Source of the DNA: a virus
Length of the DNA: 64,000 nt
Strand: one strand, 5' to 3'
Virus record (IMG/VR): IMGVR_UViG_2974639878_000001
Coordinates: 164,596-228,595 of that record
The notes under the pieces were generated by a model that saw only the letters and a program-made list of their open reading frames with translations, was not told where the DNA came from and made no database searches. Below, in pieces: positions 44,547 to 54,578 of the stretch. Each line of letters begins with the position of its first letter. The first letter of the stretch is position 1. Made by a program: the position numbers and the translations under genes.

Positions 44547-45614
44547 TTATCTCAAAATAGCTATAGCTTGATAAGGTGAAATATTTGAATCAATCTCTAT
44601 TTCAACTTCTAATGGATCTGCAAGAGATTTCATAAAATGATAAACAGAAGCTGAAGAACCTGAACAAATAATTAATCGAGGTTTTCGACGAAGTAATGCA
44701 CGAGTGCATTCACTAATCGTTGGCTTGATCTTTAGTTCATCTTGAACATTATAAGTTTCAGTAACATGATCAATAACAAAATTTGTACGCCGATCACATT
44801 GCTGCTTCAGATAAGAAGTAACCTTAGCAGGAATACTATCAAATTTATCTAATACTTCAGTAATTTGATCAAGAAAGTAGTTAGTTACATCATACTCTTG
44901 AAGATTCTGATATATTGCACATGTGTGATATTTACCTTTATCTGAAATTACAGAACGAGATAATAACCCACTAATTACACTATTAAGAATTCCAAAAGGA
45001 ATAATTTCATCAGTGTCTGTAGCATAGATATCAGAGATATGATTAATGTCATTTAAGACTACTAAACGAAAAGGTTTCATACCTAAAGGTAAACCTAACT
45101 GTCTCCAACTTTCACGCAACTGATTGAAAATTGTTCCTTTACCAGTCCAACCATCTACAAAGAATAGATCACATTCTGCACTATGTTTTTCGATAATATG
45201 ATTAAATGCTAATTCATCTAATCCAAAATCTCGAATAATAGATAGTGCATAATGGTGTACTTTAATCTTATAACGTAGTTCTAGAGAACGTTTAATTAAT
45301 ACACCTAAAGGTAGTCCAGCTCGAATTAAACTAGCTAATACAATATTGTTTTTATCTTTTGATTGTTCAAAAATTGCATCAGCTAATCCATTAATCCATT
45401 TACCTAAACTAATACGATATGAGTAAGAACTCATTAAACGATTAAATTCAGATAATTGTTCACGAGATGGAGCATCTTCAGATAACAGAAAAGATGAATA
45501 ATGTTCACCAGAAGCAATACGAGCTTCTTTTTCATCTTTAGTGATAAATGTATGATCTGTAGAAATATTTAATAAAAGGGTAACATCTTCTGGTTTAAAT
45601 GTACTAAAAGTCAT
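44547..45614 (-). CDS. Ter-cluster StiP-like / PRTase-fold protein
   Basis: HYS..L..E..PS, LASLIRAG.P.G, SIIRD.G.D, FVDGWTGKG, LNS.ISGL.SRS. Confidence 0.85.
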   Translation of the reverse strand: MTFSTFKPEDVTLLLNISTDHTFITKDEKEARIASGEHYSSFLLSEDAPSREQLSEFNRLMSSYSYRISLGKWINGLADAIFEQSKDKNNIVLASLIRAGLPLGVLIKRSLELRYKIKVHHYALSIIRDFGLDELAFNHIIEKHSAECDLFFVDGWTGKGTIFNQLRESWRQLGLPLGMKPFRLVVLNDINHISDIYATDTDEIIPFGILNSVISGLLSRSVISDKGKYHTCAIYQNLQEYDVTNYFLDQITEVLDKFDSIPAKVTSYLKQQCDRRTNFVIDHVTETYNVQDELKIKPTISECTRALLRRKPRLIICSGSSASVYHFMKSLADPLEVEIEIDSNISPYQAIAILR

Positions 45615-46330
45615 GATAATAACTCTTTAATAATTTGAACATTATCTTTAGTAGGAGTCATTAAGAAATCACATTCTAACATAAAGAACAGATCAGATTT
45701 TGAATCACCTATACCAATAGTAACTACACCTGGATGTAGCTCTAACATCTTTTTCTTAATGAAACGAACAGCATCTGTTTTAGGTTTTAATGTTTTAGGG
45801 AATATAGAAAAACCAGTACCATTAATATACAACTCAAGCCCTTTGTGTTGCTTTAGAATAGAATTTAATTTTAATAAATCCGTAGACTTGTTGTTAATGT
45901 TCCCTTCAATATAAAACCCATAAGTTTTATGAGTAATTAATTTTGAATGAACATTATACAAATGAAGGTACTTAATACTTTCTCTTAATTCATTCTGACT
46001 ACTAGATACTTTACCAATAAGGGTGTCAGTAAATTCTGGAATCAATTTATTATCATAGGTATAAATAAATACACCATAATTACAAACTTTAAATGAGTTA
46101 AAGTTAAAAGTTGATTCAACACGTTTTAAACTTTCAATAGATCTAGCAGTTACAGGAATAACACCACTAGAGCCTGAGTTAAATTCATTAAATAAAGAAA
46201 TTTGTTTAGGGGTAGTGCAAATATTACTACCAGAATCTGATGTATAAACAACGTGACGTGGTTCATCAGACTCTAGATGGCGTTCAGTTTGAATGAAAGT
46301 TAAATCGAGATCACAAAAGCTTAAAAACAT
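45611..46330 (-). CDS. Ter-cluster HAD phosphatase
   Basis: DLDLTFIQT, IPVTARS, GIGDS.SD.FM. Confidence 0.85.
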   Translation of the reverse strand: MFLSFCDLDLTFIQTERHLESDEPRHVVYTSDSGSNICTTPKQISLFNEFNSGSSGVIPVTARSIESLKRVESTFNFNSFKVCNYGVFIYTYDNKLIPEFTDTLIGKVSSSQNELRESIKYLHLYNVHSKLITHKTYGFYIEGNINNKSTDLLKLNSILKQHKGLELYINGTGFSIFPKTLKPKTDAVRFIKKKMLELHPGVVTIGIGDSKSDLFFMLECDFLMTPTKDNVQIIKELLS

Positions 46331-47438
46331 TTACATTATTCCATGCAACCAATGATTCTATTAATGAACTTTGAGGAGCATCTTCGATAGATAAACACAC
46401 AGAATCAAGTCCTTTATTTAATAGGTCATCGAAATTATATAGATATGATTCCATTGTGGAATCATAAAGATTAGGAAGTACAAGTTTAGTCTTAATAATA
46501 GTATTAAGCTTTAACGGAGAAGATGAAATAGACAACAATACTGAATCTTTTCCAGTATTATTAAATTTATTTATACAATTTAGAAGAGAAGCAAAGATTA
46601 ATTCATCATAATAAATCTGAATATCAGAACTATTGAAGTACTTAGGATCTTTACATTTAGAGACAATGTCTGACAAAGAGTCAAACGAAGGTAATCTGAA
46701 ATGATCATTAGTTACATTTGTTAATGATACATTATCAGATTTTTTATAAGGAAGATGTGGTACTGGAACATTCGAATCTTGTTCCCAAGTATAAGTACCT
46801 TTAACTAACGAATAAGTCTTTAGTTCAACATCATCTACTGTTAAATTTGAAGACCAATCTGTTAAAGAGAGAACAATAACTTTTCTTAAACAAGGTAATT
46901 TTTCTTTAAGAGATTCAACTAAATTCTTAATAGTATTACCTGTAGTGACTTCATCATCTACAATAATTAAAGTATTTGTTTGTTCTAAATGCTCATTAAC
47001 AGATTTGTCAAAAGACTTATAGATATAATGATTAGGGAAATGACTATGAGGTTCTACAAATTCAGCAAGAACAGGAGCAGATAATGTTCTTCGTGTAGTT
47101 TGTAGACGTAGAATATTAACCCAATCTTTAGATAATTGGTTATGAACTAAATAACCTAACCCTAAACCAGTTTCTGCTAAAGAGAGCAGAGAAATTTTAT
47201 TATTTTCACCTTCTAAGTCTTTAGACTCAATTTGTTCACTAAGAGACTTAGCTATAGAGTTTAATATACTAAAAGGTGTAGGGGTATAACGACCAATTAC
47301 TTTAGATACGAACATGAACTGACGTTTAGGATTTAAACGTTCAGCTAAAGAGCAAATACTATCAAAACGATAATGTTCAGTTTCGAAATTCAGAGATAAT
47401 TTTCCAGTATTTAAATTATACTCTTTAAAATTTGACAT
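46311..47438 (-). CDS. Ter-cluster phosphoribosyltransferase
   Basis: RLNPKR.F.FVSKV.G, AETG.GLG, F.EPHSH, IVDDEVTTGNT. Confidence 0.88.
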   Translation of the reverse strand: MSNFKEYNLNTGKLSLNFETEHYRFDSICSLAERLNPKRQFMFVSKVIGRYTPTPFSILNSIAKSLSEQIESKDLEGENNKISLLSLAETGLGLGYLVHNQLSKDWVNILRLQTTRRTLSAPVLAEFVEPHSHFPNHYIYKSFDKSVNEHLEQTNTLIIVDDEVTTGNTIKNLVESLKEKLPCLRKVIVLSLTDWSSNLTVDDVELKTYSLVKGTYTWEQDSNVPVPHLPYKKSDNVSLTNVTNDHFRLPSFDSLSDIVSKCKDPKYFNSSDIQIYYDELIFASLLNCINKFNNTGKDSVLLSISSSPLKLNTIIKTKLVLPNLYDSTMESYLYNFDDLLNKGLDSVCLSIEDAPQSSLIESLVAWNNVNVFKLL

Positions 47439-47441
47439 GTC

Positions 47442-47741
47442 TTAATCCTTTTTAGGATAGATATATTGTTGGTATTGAGCAATTGCAGCAGCTGAAGAGA
47501 AACCTTTATCAAGAAGAATACATCGAACAGTATCTTCAATATTCTCCAGACTAACCATAACATCTTGTAAAGATAAAGGTGGTTTTGGTTCTTCATCGAA
47601 GTCTTGATAATCTAATTGAGATTCTATCTTTTCAGCAGATCCTTTCTTTTCTTTTTCAGAAATATCTAATAAGGACTCTTCAATATGATGCAGGCTCATT
47701 AAGATGTCTAAAATGAGTTTTGTATTATCTTGGTGTGACAC
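47442..47741 (-). CDS. Hypothetical protein
   Basis: GTG start with AAGGA SD. Confidence 0.5.
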   Translation of the reverse strand: MSHQDNTKLILDILMSLHHIEESLLDISEKEKKGSAEKIESQLDYQDFDEEPKPPLSLQDVMVSLENIEDTVRCILLDKGFSSAAAIAQYQQYIYPKKD

Positions 47742-47755
47742 TTTAAATCCTTCTG

Positions 47756-47795
47756 AAAAAGAAAAGGACAGAATATTTCATCTGTCCATCTCTTT
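47756..47795 (-). terminator. Probable intrinsic terminator after terD
   Basis: ggacag/ctgtcc stem followed by T-rich run on the - strand. Confidence 0.55.
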
Positions 47796-47825
47796 GTTAT
47801 TTATTCAATTTAGAAATTTTAAATC

Positions 47826-48437
47826 TTATTCGGTTTTAGCACCATAAGATTGTAATACTTCTTCTAAGCCGTTATCAAATCCAAGATCGATTTTCTTAAC
47901 TCGCCAACCACCATCATGACGATAGATTTCAGCAACATTAACAGCTTTAGATGCAGCATGATCTTCAGTCAAATCAATTTTGAGTGAATCCATACCATCA
48001 ACATTTACATCAACGTAAGCATTTTCAACTTGACCAAATGTGATACCAAGATTCTTTTCATCATGGATACTCATAAGTACCATGATACATCCAATTTCGG
48101 GTGGTAGGGTTTCTAAATTTAGATTACCATTTTCATCATAACCGTCACCAGAACCATCACGATTGTCTTTATCAAGAACAATACTACCACAAGCCGATTT
48201 TAACAAGTTATAGAAAACAATTCCTGGATTTCCATCAGACTGTGTTACAAGATTTTTAGATTTTGAATCTGCTAATAAAATAAAACTTAAATCTAAGTCA
48301 TGTTTAACATTAGATTGACGAGCAGAATCCCAACCACAGCCTACATGTACACTTTTTAAAGATACAGCAGAACCATCAGGTTTAGCTAAACGAATAGGTA
48401 CACCTTTAGTTAAAGGGATAACATGTTGAGTAGTCAT
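47826..48437 (-). CDS. terD: TerD-family stress protein
   Basis: G.GWD, DLDLS, FYN, DN.DG.GDG.DE, FGQVENAY, EIYRH.G.W. Confidence 0.92.
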   Translation of the reverse strand: MTTQHVIPLTKGVPIRLAKPDGSAVSLKSVHVGCGWDSARQSNVKHDLDLSFILLADSKSKNLVTQSDGNPGIVFYNLLKSACGSIVLDKDNRDGSGDGYDENGNLNLETLPPEIGCIMVLMSIHDEKNLGITFGQVENAYVDVNVDGMDSLKIDLTEDHAASKAVNVAEIYRHDGGWRVKKIDLGFDNGLEEVLQSYGAKTE

Positions 48438-48447
48438 AATAAAATCC

Positions 48448-48798
48448 TTATGAAATTGTAAAACGAATAACAGGAGGAAGACCTGTTACTGAATAATTTA
48501 TAATTGGTTCACGTTGGTTAGTTTTAATGTGTCTATAAGATGTAAGCTTTTTAACTAACCTTTCATGTTCCCATTTTTTAAACTTAGTCTCAGACTGCTC
48601 TAACATCTGAGAAATATAAGGCGCCAAAAAACTTCCTGTATCTTTTAAGCTAAGGAGTTCTTTTCTGTACTCTTGAAGAGTTGACGCATATACTAAAATG
48701 AGCCTACCTGACTGAGTACGAATTAAAGTTCCTTTATCAGTAATAAATAATTCGTACTCAAGTTGAGGTAGTTGTTTATTATGCTGCAAGTGTTCCAT
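48448..48798 (-). CDS. Hypothetical protein
   Basis: ORF within the Ter cluster. Confidence 0.5.
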   Translation of the reverse strand: MEHLQHNKQLPQLEYELFITDKGTLIRTQSGRLILVYASTLQEYRKELLSLKDTGSFLAPYISQMLEQSETKFKKWEHERLVKKLTSYRHIKTNQREPIINYSVTGLPPVIRFTIS

Positions 48799-49891
48799 TA
48801 TCAGAACTACTTTCTTTTTTGTTTTCTCGAATAGATGAGAAAACAGCTAAGATGATGAAGGCAATACTAATAAGGCCTACAGCAACTTCTGGTAGATGAA
48901 TAAACGGAGAAGAAAGCATAATCAATGCTAATGCTGCAATTGCATACATAGCACCATGTTCAAGATAACGATATGTATCAAGAGTTCCTTTCTTAACTAA
49001 ATAAACAGTTAAGCAACGAACAACCATAGCACCAATAGCTAAACCAAGCATGATAACAATAATGTCAGTAGTAACAGCAAAAGCTCCAGCTACACCATCA
49101 ACGCTAAATGAAGCATCAACTAATTCTAGATAAAGGAAACCACCAATACCTGCTTTAACTGTACCAGTTGCTACTTGACCATTCGCTTCAGATTCTTCTT
49201 CAGTATCACCAGTAAACATTTCAATAATGGAGCCTAAAGCTTGCACACCAAAATAAGAAGCGATACCTACGAGACCACCTTTAAAAATCTGACTACTTAA
49301 AATAGCATCTGACATTGTAATTACAATTAAGGCTGCAAGAACAATAAATGCAAACATATAAGGAGTAAACCAACCAAAGGTTTTACCTAATACTTCACCA
49401 ACCTTCTCTAAAGGTCCTAACCAGTTAACATCTTTTTCATCATCAAAGAAGAAGTTTAAGAACACCAACAATAAGAACATACCACCAAAAGAAGCAACTA
49501 ATGTATGGCTTGCTAAAAGATGTTTAGAGTATTCGGTAGGACTATTAAGTGCTAATGTAAAAGATTCAATAAACGACATTTCTGTTGTGGATGAAACAAT
49601 TACAATAGGAAATACGAGTCGCATACCAAATACAGCAACAAGAATACCAACTGTTAAAAATAACTTTTGCCAGAATGGATTCCAATGTTTTAAAACTGTG
49701 GCATTATATACAGCATTATCAATTGATAATGAAATTTCCAGTACAGCTAAAATAACTGTAATGAATAAGATATTGAATGCTTGACTTAATCCTGCATCTA
49801 CACCGTGATTTAAACCCCAGAAGAAAGCTAAGGTTAAACACACCAGACCAAAGATGATAGAAAGTTTGAAGTTATCCCAAATATTTTTCAT
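48779..49891 (-). CDS. DUF475 / TerC-like multi-pass membrane protein
   Basis: LEISLS.DNAV.NA, FGMRLVFP, FLYLE..DASFS.DGV.GAFA, YLEHGA. Confidence 0.92.
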   Translation of the reverse strand: MKNIWDNFKLSIIFGLVCLTLAFFWGLNHGVDAGLSQAFNILFITVILAVLEISLSIDNAVYNATVLKHWNPFWQKLFLTVGILVAVFGMRLVFPIVIVSSTTEMSFIESFTLALNSPTEYSKHLLASHTLVASFGGMFLLLVFLNFFFDDEKDVNWLGPLEKVGEVLGKTFGWFTPYMFAFIVLAALIVITMSDAILSSQIFKGGLVGIASYFGVQALGSIIEMFTGDTEEESEANGQVATGTVKAGIGGFLYLELVDASFSVDGVAGAFAVTTDIIVIMLGLAIGAMVVRCLTVYLVKKGTLDTYRYLEHGAMYAIAALALIMLSSPFIHLPEVAVGLISIAFIILAVFSSIRENKKESSSDNGTLAA

Positions 49892-49903
49892 GATTAATCC
49901 TTA

Positions 49904-50593
49904 TTAACCAAATTTTGCAATAACTTCAGGATTGACTACAGCATCAATTAATTCTGCATCAGTCTTACTGAAATCAGCAATACTAGAGTAACCAACTGAA
50001 TCGTAACGATCACCTAAGCTACTTAAGAAGTTTGAATGGAAGCCTACACAAATAAGTTGAACATATACATTATTTGATGATTCGATTTGTTTGATTTTAG
50101 CTTCAAACTCACGTTCGTCAGATGAAGAGGTTTCACCATCTGTAATAAAGGTAATAAGTTGTTTACCTTTAATGGAAGCCAATGGGTTACCAAATAACCC
50201 ACCAAGGAATCCACCGCCACCAAGTTTCTTAAGAATAGCATCGATAGCTGGTGTATAAGCTGTACCGCCAAAACCATACTTACGAATGCTTTCACCTAAG
50301 ATATGTTCTACTTGGTCATATTGGCTTACATTTAATGTCCCAGCATCAAATGCTTGGCTATGATAAACAACAAATGGTAAGTTACCATCATCATCAATTA
50401 CATTACTAATACCAAGAAGATGACGAAGAATATTAGCTACAGTACCATTACCAAAGTAGTTAGACATACTTCCTGATTGATCTAATACTAAAGAGACATT
50501 AATGTCTTTAGGAATATTTGTAACACCTTTCTTTTGAAGAGAAATTACTACATCTTCAGAAACTTTTTTCAGAGAGATTACTTGAGAAGTCAT
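49904..50593 (-). CDS. vWA (TerF-like) protein
   Basis: LVLDQSGSM, DDDG, GGT.Y.PA, FITDG. Confidence 0.85.
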   Translation of the reverse strand: MTSQVISLKKVSEDVVISLQKKGVTNIPKDINVSLVLDQSGSMSNYFGNGTVANILRHLLGISNVIDDDGNLPFVVYHSQAFDAGTLNVSQYDQVEHILGESIRKYGFGGTAYTPAIDAILKKLGGGGFLGGLFGNPLASIKGKQLITFITDGETSSSDEREFEAKIKQIESSNNVYVQLICVGFHSNFLSSLGDRYDSVGYSSIADFSKTDAELIDAVVNPEVIAKFG

Positions 50594-51555
50594 TATACTT
50601 CACCTACATAATGGTTAGCGGTAACTTGGTATTGATCACCAAATAATTTAATAAGTTCTTTCTTGAGAACATCCATAGGATAATCATCAATGTTAGAGAT
50701 TTTAACAATTTCATAACGTTCTTGATTATGGAAATTTTGATAAATAATCTTACGACCAATAGCTTTATCAAAATGATCATTTACATGACATAATGCAGAA
50801 CTTACTGCCATATATGTCATTCCATTATGAACGAATAATAAAGCTAATCCAGTAATACCACCAGTAGAATTTAAATCTACTTCTTCGTTAGGATTTTTAA
50901 CTTGCTGTTCGCAAATGTATTCAAATGTTCCATACATATTTTCGTAGAACTTATTATTATAACGACGAATATAAATTGGAATTGTTTGAATATTACGTGC
51001 AAGTAATCCTTCAAATTGGGCAGTAATAGTAGACTTAGCTAAAATCTCTAACTCTGCTTCTTTGGCAAAAGTAAGAGGATGTACACCAGTATCTGGTTTT
51101 TCTTGTTTAGGTAAAGGAGCTTTTTCAAGAACTACTTTATTAATGAAACGATAGAATTGGCTCAATACTTTAGGATATTGGCGATCTTCAGTTTCTAAGA
51201 TAATTTGATTATTAATTAATTGAGATTTTAAACGATCTTTTGCTTCTACACGACCGATTAAGCGAGAATAAGTATCTTCTTTACTACAAATAGCATAAGA
51301 ATACTGAGGAAGAGAAAGTGAAGGGGAAACTAAAATAGCAACACATACACCGTTAATACGATTTGTGTTATAACGACGAGCGTTATTAATTTTAGTGGCT
51401 AATAAGTGACTGTGGTGAAAGATATATACTTTCGAGTCTGGATAGTTTTCTTTAAACCAACTATTTAGTTGGATGTCAGATTCATGATAAGCAACATTGA
51501 AATTGACTTGACGATTTTTCTTAGCAGATGGATTTCCAATCTGAGCAACTGTCAT
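50593..51555 (-). CDS. Hypothetical protein with a duplicated phage domain
   Basis: AICSKEDTYSRLIGR and ALCHVNDHFDKAIGR repeats. Confidence 0.6.
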   Translation of the reverse strand: MTVAQIGNPSAKKNRQVNFNVAYHESDIQLNSWFKENYPDSKVYIFHHSHLLATKINNARRYNTNRINGVCVAILVSPSLSLPQYSYAICSKEDTYSRLIGRVEAKDRLKSQLINNQIILETEDRQYPKVLSQFYRFINKVVLEKAPLPKQEKPDTGVHPLTFAKEAELEILAKSTITAQFEGLLARNIQTIPIYIRRYNNKFYENMYGTFEYICEQQVKNPNEEVDLNSTGGITGLALLFVHNGMTYMAVSSALCHVNDHFDKAIGRKIIYQNFHNQERYEIVKISNIDDYPMDVLKKELIKLFGDQYQVTANHYVGEV

Positions 51556-51650
51556 TTTTACTATATCCTTAAAAGGTAAAGTGTGTGGAAAGAAGTTTTA
51601 GTTGCACATTAAGGCAACTATTCTTCAGTAATAAATAAAAAATAAAAAGA

Positions 51651-52247
51651 CTATAAGCCTAAGTTCTTTAACAGAGTCTTAGATAAGTTCTGTTTAGCCC
51701 AAGTGATATAAGCTGGATCAACATGTTGAACTTCTTTTACAGTTCTTCCTTTATATCGACCCATAGTAAATGTAGGTTCAGAATAAGTATAGAAGTGCAT
51801 AGGATGTACTTTAATCTTATTAAATACTGAATCAAAGTATTCATTCATTGATTGAATAGCTAAAGGATCTGTTACTACTAAAGCCATATCATCATAGCTA
51901 CTTCCTGTAAGATTTATACCACCTATGATAGCTTTATTACCACGAGATATATACTTTAAATGAAGATTTTTAGCTACATGAATATTATAATTTTTAGACA
52001 ATCCTAATAAATTATTAGATCGTTTTTGATTATTCACATCACAAGCTTTACAACCTACAGTACAAGAACTATATGAAGTTCCAATCATTATCGATGAGGG
52101 TGCAGCTAAAGTTAAATCTAAAAAACGTTCAGTATCTTCATTACGAACAGATAAATTAAAAGAGGATATACGAACTTGACCTCTTTCTCTTTGCAGTATA
52201 TTAGTAGCTTCACTAATAAACTCTGCATAAGTTTTTAATACTTTCAT
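51651..52247 (-). CDS. Phospholipase D-family (HKD) nuclease-like protein with C-terminal GxYKG domain
   Basis: LHLK...AIIGGINLT; FTMGRYKGRTV..V...DPAYITW. Confidence 0.7.
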   Translation of the reverse strand: MKVLKTYAEFISEATNILQRERGQVRISSFNLSVRNEDTERFLDLTLAAPSSIMIGTSYSSCTVGCKACDVNNQKRSNNLLGLSKNYNIHVAKNLHLKYISRGNKAIIGGINLTGSSYDDMALVVTDPLAIQSMNEYFDSVFNKIKVHPMHFYTYSEPTFTMGRYKGRTVKEVQHVDPAYITWAKQNLSKTLLKNLGL

Positions 52248-52873
52248 TAAGGAGTGTACTCAACTATGTAGAGATCTACTAAACCATCTTCAAAGACAGA
52301 AGTTAACAAAGGAAAAACTTCATCTTCCCAACTCATTCCACCACGATCACTAGCAAGTTTATATGGTACATAAACTGGAATTTTTGCATTCTTAGCTAAG
52401 GTTTTAACTTGTTGTAAACCTTGTTCTAAAGAACTTAAACAAGTATTACGAGATGGAATACGACTAATACGAAATTGAGAAAAGATATTAGCAATAAATA
52501 AATCAGAATTAATTGAATTAAAAGAAACTTTACCTAATAAGTCATCTTTATTATCTTCAATAAAAGCTAAATACTCTTCTTCCCAACCTTGATACATCTT
52601 TTTAATTGGTACTACAACACCTGAACCACTACGTCCTAGTGTATTAACTTGATGGGTAATAACACCTTTATCTGTATGTGTTATATCTCCCTTAATCCAA
52701 TGAATGTTATTCAAAATAGTAACATCTCCAATAGCAATGTTACCTAACACTGAAGGATTATTCTTGTACTGAGAATAGTTTAAACGTATGTTTCCTTTTA
52801 CATCATCTACTGAATGAATATGAAATGTATGAGAAAGACTAGAATCTTTTAACTTAAAGCACTTACCTAACAT
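52247..52873 (-). CDS. Macro-domain ADP-ribose-processing protein
   Basis: IKGDI, HQVN..G..GSGV, IANIFSQ, PYKL...RGG..W. Confidence 0.85.
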   Translation of the reverse strand: MLGKCFKLKDSSLSHTFHIHSVDDVKGNIRLNYSQYKNNPSVLGNIAIGDVTILNNIHWIKGDITHTDKGVITHQVNTLGRSGSGVVVPIKKMYQGWEEEYLAFIEDNKDDLLGKVSFNSINSDLFIANIFSQFRISRIPSRNTCLSSLEQGLQQVKTLAKNAKIPVYVPYKLASDRGGMSWEDEVFPLLTSVFEDGLVDLYIVEYTP

Positions 52874-52909
52874 AGGCAACTATTCTCCAGTTGTATTAAA
52901 AAATTAAAC

Positions 52910-52971
52910 AATGTAAATACATAGACTTTAAAAGATAACACTTAATAAATATAAGTCTATGTATTTACATT
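52910..52971. repeat. 19-bp perfect inverted repeat in an AT-rich intergenic region
   Basis: aatgtaaatacatagactt / aagtctatgtatttacatt. Confidence 0.9.
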
Positions 52972-53123
52972 ACTACATATTATTTAAGTTTAAAATGTTC
53001 ATAAAAGAGTTTTAAAATTCTTTTAGAAAATTAATATTTTTACATTAAAGAGTTTTAAAATGACTAGTAATAATACCTGTTTATATACTACAGATTAAGG
53101 TCTACTCAGAATGGAAATAAAAG

Positions 53124-53151
53124 AAAAAAGAGACTTGTTAAAGTCTCTTTT
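53124..53151. terminator. Intrinsic terminator
   Basis: aaaagagactt/aagtctctttt. Confidence 0.8.
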
Positions 53152-53155
53152 AATA

Positions 53156-53797
53156 TTAGTCTGGAAAATTAGTAACATCAAATAATTGTCCAGCATAACC
53201 TAATTGAACTGCTAGTTGTTCTAGATCTAAAAGTGAATAACGAGTACATCCAATAGATATATGATTATCTCCTCGATTTAATCGAACACGATAATAATCT
53301 TGGTAAGCTATTTGATGTGAATCATCATATACTTCAATTACTTTCGAAATGTTAACACTATAATGAATATTAAATAAACGTTTAACTGTTAAAATACTAG
53401 TACAACGTTGCATACCATTACGTTCTTTAATTTTAGAATGCAATATTTCATAATGATCTAAAATATTAAATGAATCCAAAGGTACTATAGTAAGATTATT
53501 AAAATTAAAATCTTTTATAGACAAACCATCTTTAAGCTCATGAAAAGCATTAATAACTTTTTTAGCATTCTCTTCAGATAAATTATGAGGAGAAGATACT
53601 AAAGCTATTCGTAATAGTTTAGGATTTATTTTAAATTGGTTAAACATATGTCCAATATTATCTAAATTTAATTTAGGGATAACATGAACTTCTAGTTCAA
53701 CCTTTTCAAATGTACATTGTTTAATTAAAGCTATTTGATCTTCAGGTTCCATTTTAGACCAAATATCTCTATCTACATATTTAACAGACTTTGTCAT
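53156..53797 (-). CDS. Hypothetical protein
   Basis: 213-aa ORF. Confidence 0.55.
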   Translation of the reverse strand: MTKSVKYVDRDIWSKMEPEDQIALIKQCTFEKVELEVHVIPKLNLDNIGHMFNQFKINPKLLRIALVSSPHNLSEENAKKVINAFHELKDGLSIKDFNFNNLTIVPLDSFNILDHYEILHSKIKERNGMQRCTSILTVKRLFNIHYSVNISKVIEVYDDSHQIAYQDYYRVRLNRGDNHISIGCTRYSLLDLEQLAVQLGYAGQLFDVTNFPD

Positions 53798-53807
53798 AAA
53801 TTATCTA

Positions 53808-54578
53808 CTATAATTCTGTTCGAAAGATAAAATCAGTATTAAATCTAAATCGTTTAAATTCAGAAGAATTAATTCGATCTTGAATTCGATTAGCTACTGA
53901 ATGAGGTACTGTTATTCCTAATTCATAATCTTCAAATTGTTGGTAAGTAAATCCAAGTTCTTGTTCATCTGTTCGTCCTGAAGCTAAACCTCCTTTAGGT
54001 GGAGTATTTAATATTTCTTCAGGTATATTAAAATATTTAGCAATTGCTATTACTTCACTTTTATAAAATTCAATAATAGGATGAATACCAAGAATATCTA
54101 AATACTGACTAAACCAACCTAAAGACCATTCAGAATAATTAGTAGTACTTACAAGAATACTATTTTCATTTCGTGTAGCTTCGGCATAAAAAGCCATTGG
54201 ACGCAACCAATAGTCATTTTGTTGTTGAAGATAAGGAGAAGTTAAACTTAAAGCATTTACACAAGCTTTAGCTACTTCTCGTAAACTTATAAATTTTTCT
54301 TCATATTCGAAATGAGTACAAACAGCTTTACCTAAATTATAAGCTTCTTCTTGTTCTGTAGTTCCATCACTTTCTGAAATAGGAGCAAGAATAGGAATTA
54401 CTGTATATGTATTAGGATACATAGTATCTAAAGCTTTTAGAAATCCTAAAACTACAGCAGAATCAACACCACCTGATACACCAACAATTAAAGTTTTACG
54501 ACTTTCTTTTTGTAAAACATTATGAAGAAGATTTACTTTCTTTGTAATCAATTCATGAGTAATTGTTTTATAGATCAT
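53808..54578 (-). CDS. nadE: NH3-dependent NAD+ synthetase
   Basis: GVSGGVDSAV PP-loop, N.SE..LG.F, YKSEV, P..GL..G.TDE.ELG.TY. Confidence 0.9.
   Translation of the reverse strand: MIYKTITHELITKKVNLLHNVLQKESRKTLIVGVSGGVDSAVVLGFLKALDTMYPNTYTVIPILAPISESDGTTEQEEAYNLGKAVCTHFEYEEKFISLREVAKACVNALSLTSPYLQQQNDYWLRPMAFYAEATRNENSILVSTTNYSEWSLGWFSQYLDILGIHPIIEFYKSEVIAIAKYFNIPEEILNTPPKGGLASGRTDEQELGFTYQQFEDYELGITVPHSVANRIQDRINSSEFKRFRFNTDFIFRTEL

Noticed and set aside
7814..49784. Other + strand ORFs (7814, 15984, 16934, 17721, 20742, 21650, 24315, 25682, 27694, 43237, 49587)
   Set aside because: All are shadows of well-supported - strand genes and have no recognisable motifs.
52206..52247. KTYAEFISE resembling the T4 capsid-targeting sequence
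   Set aside because: Single occurrence, and compatible with the normal first helix of a PLD-fold protein.
52980..53070. AAAGAGTTTTAAAAT direct repeat as CRISPR or origin
   Set aside because: Only two copies in very AT-rich DNA with no spacer pattern; no CRISPR array was seen in the window.
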